Shown here: piece by piece, positions 57,245 through 64,000 of the stretch | Layout: every line of letters starts with the position of its first letter | Position numbering within the stretch: position 1 is the first letter of the stretch | From: the human T2T-CHM13v2.0 reference genome, Homo sapiens | NCBI RefSeq assembly: GCF_009914755.1 | Contig: NC_060927.1 | Strand: one strand, 5' to 3' | DNA: 64,000 nt | The notes under the pieces: generated by a model | Database searches by the model: none | Seen by the model: only the letters and a program-made list of their open reading frames with translations | What the model was told of the DNA's origin: nothing | Made by a program: the position numbers and the translations under genes

Positions 57245-57554
57245 TGAAAGAAAGAGGTAGCGTGCCCAGTGCATGCACACTCTGGGAGCCAGGGCAGCAG
57301 ATTCAAGTCCCACTGCTGCCTCTACCCTCCATGTGACCTTGGACAGGTGACAGCTCCTCGTGCCTCAGTTTTCCCATCCGTCAAATGGGGTTCACACTAG
57401 CACCGGCCTCACAGAGTGGTTGTGAGAACGAATGAACCCATTTAAGCATCAGAACTGCACCTAATCAGCCTCAGCTCTTGTATCACTGAGGGGCAGGGGT
57501 TGCCAACATTACTGTAATCAACGCCTCCACCTTTATTTACCCTGCAAAGCAGTA

Positions 57555-58879
57555 CAGTAAGTCCACATTTAAGTCCTTGATAGGTTCTTGGAAACTGACT
57601 TTAAGTGAAACCACATGAAATCGTTTGAATCAGGCCAGGCCAGTGGTTCACACTTGTAATCCCAGCACTTTGGGAGGCTGTGGACGGGTCACCTGAGGTC
57701 AGGAATTCAAGACCAGCCTGGCCAACATGGTGAAATCCCGTCTCTACTAAAAATACAAAAATTAGCCAGGCATGGTGGTATGTACCTGTAATCCCAGCTA
57801 CTGGGGAGGCTGAGGCAGGAGAATCGCCTGAACTGGGGAGCTGGAGGTTTTAGTGAGCTGAGATTGTGCCACTGCACTCTAGCCTGGGCGACAGATTGAT
57901 TGGGATTCCATCTCAAAAAAAAAAAAAAGTTTGGATCTGTGTCCCCTTCCAAATCTCATGTTGAACTGTAATTTCACATAATCCCCAATGTTGGAGGTGA
58001 GGCCTGGTGGGAGGTGATTGGATCATGGGGGTGGTTTTCTTATGAAAGGTTTAGTATCATCCTCTTGGTACTGTCCTCATGACAGTGAGTGAGTTGTCAT
58101 GAGATGTGGTCATTTAAAAGTGTGTGGTACCTCCCTCCTCTGTCCCTTGCTCCTGCTCTGGCCATGTGACCTGTGGGCTCCCTCTTTGCCTTCCGCCACG
58201 ATTGTAAGTTTCCTGAGGCCTCCTCAGGAGCGGAGCAGATGCAGGCACTATGCTTCCTGTAGAGCTGCCAAACCCTGAGCCAATTAACCCTCCTTCCTTT
58301 ATAAATTATCCAGTCTCAGGTATTTCTTTATAGCAGCTGGAGAATGGACTAACACACCAGCTATAACAAAACCAATTTTACCATAGGCTAATTGATATAA
58401 ACAAGAGTTCAGTTCCTACAGCGTATTTTTGGTCACAAAAACAACATCAAACTTCTCTAATACGAAGCACCTCTAATATTAAACATTGAAATAAATGTGA
58501 GGTGTACATACATTTAAGAAAGACTAGTAAAAACAAGATATGTACCCACTTATTCCAGTCTCGGCTCTAGGGTGGCTGGAGCCTGTCCCAAGAGCACAAG
58601 ATGGGAACCAGCCCTGAGCTGGATATCACCCCATTATCACTATAGGGCACACTCACAGACACGCTCACACTCAGACTGGGGCCATGTAGACACACTGGTT
58701 CACCTAACACCCACATCTTCAGGATGTGGGAAGAAGCCAGAGTACGTGGAGGGAACACATGCAGACGTTGGGGGAACATTGCAAACTCCACACAGACAGC
58801 GGGCATGGCCAGAAATCGACATTTTTTTCTTATCAACGAGACGATGTTGAACAAAACGATGTTATTTGAGGACCTGCTG
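57555..58879 (-). mobile_element. MER6A (TcMar-Tigger) DNA transposon, interrupted by an MST LTR
   Basis: TA|cagtaagtcc...gaggacctgctg|TA termini; aaaccaattttaccataggctaattgatataaacaagag. Confidence 0.8.
57616..58356 (+). mobile_element. MSTA/MSTB (MaLR) solo LTR containing an AluS (57633-57928)
   Basis: gtttggatctgtgtcccc..caaatctcatgttgaactgtaat...attgtaagtttcctgaggcc...aatggactaacaca. Confidence 0.85.
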
Positions 58880-60839
58880 TATTCAGTGACTTCTCTGCTA
58901 TTTTCTGGGTGCCAGGCCCTGTGTTGGGTGCCAGCACACAGACCGTGTCTTCCCTCCTACTGGTCTCCAAGTTTCTCCAGACCTGTTGCATCTCTGGGTC
59001 ATTTGAGGACAGGATGAGGGTCTAGAGGGCCAGTGTGGGAAGGATTCTCATGGCCCATGCAGTCCAACGTCTCCTTGCACAGACAGGGAAACTGAAACCC
59101 AGAGAGAGCAGGAGCCTTGGGCCGAGCAGGAGCTGGGACCCACGGGGAGGTGGGTTCAGCAGGGCAGTGTCCACAGCGAGTAGAGCTTGGGTCTAGCTGC
59201 TTGGGTCTAGCTGTGCTGCCTTGGGTGAGGCAACCACCATCTTGAGCCTCAGCCGTTTCCCCCATCAGATGCCCTGGCACGTGGCAAATGCTCAGTTAAT
59301 TTTAGCTAATAATATTACCTAAGTCAGAGTGAGAAAGGACTTTCTCATAGCCAGAACTGTTCACAGAGCACCATGATAGTGGCCAGTGCAGAAGGAGCGC
59401 TTGCTAGTTTTGGCACACTCTAGGCACCACGCTTGTATCAAATGGCTTTGTCCTCACGTAACTATGTTTTGCAGATGAGGAAAGGGGACTGGGGGAGGTT
59501 TGATGGCCCCCCAAGGCTCTCCCAGCCAGGGTGGTAGAGCCCGGGGCTGACACCTAGCTGGCCGCAGTCACCCCCACACTGGGTGCCCTGTGGGGTGTGA
59601 CCTCTCACACCCCTCAAAGGGGTGCAAGTGGAGGCTTGGGGCTGTGGGAACCATCTGGGACTTCCCAGTTTCTGGGACTTTCCTAGCCCCTGCCAACCCT
59701 GAGAGGCTGAGTTTCTCAGGGTGTGCCCTGGTCTTGGAACCAGAGGGAAGGGATCAAGTGTGAGGGGGGCTCCTGCTGTGGCAGTGGGGAGTGTGCAGGG
59801 GCCTTGCCAGAGGCCCGCTCCCTTCTGGGACCCTCCAGCCAGTGTGCGCAGTCCACCGGTTGTCTCGGTAACCGATACCAGGCGGCCAGACAAAGTTACC
59901 GTGTGTGTCTGGGAGGCTATTTTGTCTAATATGCTAAAAGGCCTTTGGAAATTCCTGGAGCCCATCTGGTCCTAGTTACCCCACAATATTGCTGCCTCTT
60001 CAGCTCACAGACAAGGGAACAGTTTTATTTCTCCTTTTGGAGCTCAGGAATGTGCCTTAAACACGAGCCGGCAGACGCCCACTTGGTGCACGAGTTCCTT
60101 GGTCACGTGTCACACTCATCGTCCTTTAAAAAAGGACTGCTGCTCTTTCCCCTTGGCTCCCCAATCCCAAAGGGTCCCTCCCAACCCCATTACCTAGAGA
60201 GTGATGTGGGGAGGGCAGATGCTTCGGGGGTGGGCCCGCCTGACTGCGATGTGCCCGGCCTCTGCGTTTTCTCTCCTGTGTCCTGGGGATGGGAACTCCT
60301 GAGAATGGAATGCAGCCTGGTGTGTGGTAGGTGTTTGGTACATGCAGGTTTCCCAGCTGGCTCTGTGAACTTAAGTAGGTCCCTTGACCCATCCAAGCCC
60401 CAGTAGCCTGCTCTGTAAAACCGGGCTGGAAAGTGTGGTACAGGAGTTTAGGAAGGTCTCAGCCACACCAGGGGATGTGGATGATTGGTCCTTACTCACC
60501 CGGCGCTTCTGCCCACCCATGGCTGCCTCCAGAGGGTGTGAACACATCCAGGGCTGCACATCTGAAGCCTCTCTTGCGGGCAGAAGAGATGTCTTCAGGT
60601 CCAGCTGCTCCCATGCTTTTTGCGGGGCCAGAGTGTGTTTCTTCCCTGGAGTTCTTGTCCCTTTGGGTTTTTCGGGTTCCTCTGGCCGCAGTGCCCAGAG
60701 GCTGGGTGTGGCCGCTCCAGGCTGGCTGAGTCTTGGCAGCTGCCCTACATGGTTGCCTGGGGCCAGGTGACATCCTTCTTGCTTCCTTGAAGAGCTCCCT
60801 TTCCCCAGTCCCAGGCTGGAACAGTCACAGTGCCCTGCC

Positions 60840-61257
60840 CACCTAGGCTATGATTCCAGGGGCTGTGTAAGTGTGTGATTCAAGCTCAGATAACCCTAGA
60901 CCAGGCTTCTTCCAGGCTGGGCAGGCCTGCACCTCCATCCCCTGCATGGCTAGACGTGGCATGTACTTGTTTTATGAACCATGAGCTCAGTGGCTTGTGT
61001 GCCCTCCAAGTGGAAGCTTTAAGAGCCAGTGTGCGATTCTCCACACCCCTTTGCCACAGCGATGGAGGGAGCACATTTCAAGCTGTAGCCCCCGACAGTC
61101 TGGGTCCCTGAAATCCCAGATGACTCAGGTCTCCCAGTCAAACCAGGGCTGACATCCAGTGTGAGCGATAAATAAACCTTGATTGTTTAAGCTCCTGATG
61201 CTTAAGGGTGGTTTGTTTCTGCAGCATAACCTTACTGATATCAGCCTGGCTGATACA
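60840..61257 (+). mobile_element. MLT1 LTR fragment
   Basis: ataaataaaccttgattgtttaagc...gtttgtttctgcagcataac...ggctgataca 3' end. Confidence 0.6.
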
Positions 61258-61493
61258 CTTTCCATTTCCCTGATCATAGGGATGGTTTAGAGATATCATG
61301 TGACTCAAGAGTCCTTACATTACTTTTACATTTTGAGTGGAAGAGGAAGGACTTTATCTTCTGAGTTATCAAGTTTTAGAGAAGCCATATTTCCCACCAC
61401 AAACAGAAAGCCTGTCTGAGGTATGAAATAGTAAAACGAAGGGAGAAAAAGAAAAAACATGATGGAAAAGAGGGAATTCTGGTGATGTCAAGA

Positions 61494-61680
61494 TAGGGCT
61501 GCCATGAGCATCTGCACAGGTTGTGCACTGCACAACTCTCGAGGCTGCTGTTACACGGTAATCACAGTAGATTTGTGTATTGATTAAAATAATTTTCTAG
61601 TAGGCACTAGTAAAGTATTTTGAAGAAGTGGAGCCTTTTTCTAATTTGCAAACAATTGCTGCAAAGGCTAGTGACCATGC
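61494..61680. mobile_element. MER91-type hAT-Tip100 MITE
   Basis: agggctgcc...tgcacaggttgtgcactgcacaac. Confidence 0.6.
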
Positions 61681-63289
61681 CATAATCAAGACCCTGATTT
61701 TAATCCTTGAGTCCCCAGAGCTTCTCTAGCTCGATAAGTACTTGGTGTAATTTATTATTTTGGTGAATTCCCTTTGTTGTTAAGTTCTGCTCACAGCAGA
61801 ACCATTGATAACTCAGACACTCACAAGATGCATCAAGCTTATTTTCTACTTTCCAGAGCAAACCCTTAGCGCTTTTAGAAATAACAGCTCAACAATAAGA
61901 GAGAGACAGAACAACCGTTAAATGCAGACATAAGAACAAGAATAACAACAAAATATCAGTTTGGGGCCATTTGTGTAGGTGCAAGTAACGTTCCCTATCT
62001 CACTGAGCACCAAGACCTTCACTGTACTGGTCTGTGGCCTGAAAATGGTTCACCATGGTAATTAACGCAGAGAAGACATTGTGTAGACTTCATGTCCTCT
62101 TAAAATAGTTAAATTATAACTGTGTTGTTGTCTAAAAGGAAAGACCAAAATTATCTAGAGAGTTCTCATCTGTGTGGCTTAAGCTAGATGAATAACGTAT
62201 CATTGTAAAAGGATAGTGTCAGCCAAGGTCCAGCCCCCAGCTGTCCCCAGTGTAGGAGGTGGCCCCACTGGCAGCATCCCTGACACCACTCTGACCTGCT
62301 CAGGACAGCTCTTTCTCACTCCCCTAAATGCCAGGAGTTTCCAGAAAAAGTCTGGGGGAGGCTGTGGGCTCTGGGGTCAGACACTCTGGGGTGGGGTCCC
62401 TTTCCAGCAAGGTGACTCTCAGCAAGTGGTTCCCCGACTCGGAGCCTCGGCTACCGCTTCTCTAAAATGGCAATGGCCATACCCACCTGGGGGGCCATTG
62501 GGAGGGTCGGGCGGGCCTGGGAATGACCCAGCACACAGTAGGTGCTCAATGAGAAGCAGCTGGCACCAAGGTGGGATCTGGGTGAGTTCAGAGCCCAGGC
62601 ACGAGGGCTCAGAATCTCAGCTCGGCCTTGCTGAGTGCTTGGGCGATTCACTTCGTCTCCCAGAGCCCCAGTTTCCTCAGCTCAAACTGAGATCCCCAGG
62701 GAGTTGAAACAAGCAAGCATTCTTGAGACTGTGTGTTTCCTTGCCTGTTCTTCCTGCCAGGCAGTAAAGGGGCAGGATTGGGTCTGTCCCTGACTCGACC
62801 CCCGGAACAGGGCCTGCGGTGCTTAGTAGGCGCTTGGTAAAGACTCAGTCATTTGCTCCAGTCGGGAGGGAAGTTGGCTGGTGCCTGCTGGGGGGCTCCC
62901 CCTGCCCTTCTGACTGTGGGGAGCAGGCCCAGAGCCGACTTTGGCCAGGCCGGGGTAGAGGCCTGCTTCTGCCATCCCTGGTGGGCCCCAGCGTCTCCTC
63001 TGAATCCCCACCCTGCTCCTGAGCAAGTGCTCCCATCCCCCACCCTGCTCTGGCGGCTTGGCATAGGTGGGACACCAAGCCTGGAGCTCCCGGCTGCTCC
63101 AGCCACCCGAGCCAGCCCCACAATTGTTTTTCCACCTGGAGCGTCCAAGGAGTTGCTGGCAGCCAGGCCAGGCGGGGGAGGCGGGGGGCGGTGTTGGAGG
63201 AGACATCAGTGGGCGTGGGAGGAACAGGCTTCACCCTTTCCATCCACAGGGGTACCGGTACTGGGATAAACTGGACGGCACTGGTCAGG

Positions 63290-63450
63290 GCCCACTTTCC
63301 TTTGACCTTAGGTGAATGACTTAACCGCCCCAGTCTCATTTACTTCATCCATAAAATGGGGATAATATTAGTAGCTGCCTCTTGGGGTTGCTGTGAGGAA
63401 TAAATGCGTCAGCTCATGTAAAGCACTCAGAACCATGCCCAGAAGCAAGT
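63290..63450 (+). mobile_element. MIR
   Basis: ttcatccataaaatggggataata...gttgctgtgaggaataaatg...tgtaaagcactcagaac. Confidence 0.75.
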
Positions 63451-64000
63451 GGTCTTGATGGCAGCCCTTGCTATAGGCACTCTAGGCTGGATGCGAGGGT
63501 TCTGCCGCACACAGCTGCCTGGTGCGGGCCAGCCACGTCCACTGTCTCTGCGTACCATGTGCACCCACAGCAAGCCTCCGGAGGTGACAGCCCCTCACAG
63601 AAGCTGCAGGAAGTAGAAGCGGAGTGGGTGGCAGCTCCCTCCCTTGCTTCCTCAGCTTTCTCTCCCCTTCTTTCTTCCACCAGCCTGGCAGGTGCCCCCA
63701 GAGGCAGGGGATGGGTCCCCTGACCTCGGGGAGGACCCCCAGCCCCATCAGCCGCGGAAATGGTGGACCCGCGGGCCCTGGGCTACTGCCATGCTGCAGC
63801 CCTCGGAGGAACTGAGCAGGGACAGGGCCAGCCTGGGTCACCCGATGCAGCTGCACAGATGTCAGGCCCGGCATAGCCGAGGTGTGGTCAGGCTAGGTTC
63901 CCCTGGGCCCCGCTATGGGAACAGGCTGTCCCGACAGCCTGGCTGCCATCCCTTGCTGCTGTTGTTTGGAAGATAGAGCAGTCATCAGCCCCAGCCCCCG

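Overview
Primate (by sequence, human 3p25) genomic DNA containing the complete 10-exon HDAC11 gene on the + strand. The spliced CDS runs 26807-51140 and gives 347 aa. All nine introns are GT-AG, and the start codon is split AT|G across intron 1. The gene has a CpG-island promoter (~25850-27250, probably bidirectional with HDAC11-AS1) and two AATAAA signals, the distal one inside a MIR. Upstream is a full-length processed pseudogene of PRR3 on the - strand (~5525-7348) and a cluster of CTCF-like motifs. The remainder is mostly interspersed repeats (about 40 Alu copies, L1M, L2, MIR, MaLR/ERV LTRs, DNA-transposon MITEs), often nested. Most entries in the ORF track are Alu-derived or chance GC-rich frames. 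I found no new multi-gene system. The most promising under-described features are: (i) splicing-gated translation initiation at the HDAC11 5' end; (ii) a 223-bp templated duplication flanking exon 3; (iii) an Alu-in-Alu inverted repeat in intron 2; (iv) MIR-derived alternative polyadenylation; (v) a compact ETS-CRE/E-box element downstream of the gene. Repeat family names were assigned by eye from remembered consensus sequences, and repeat boundaries are approximate.
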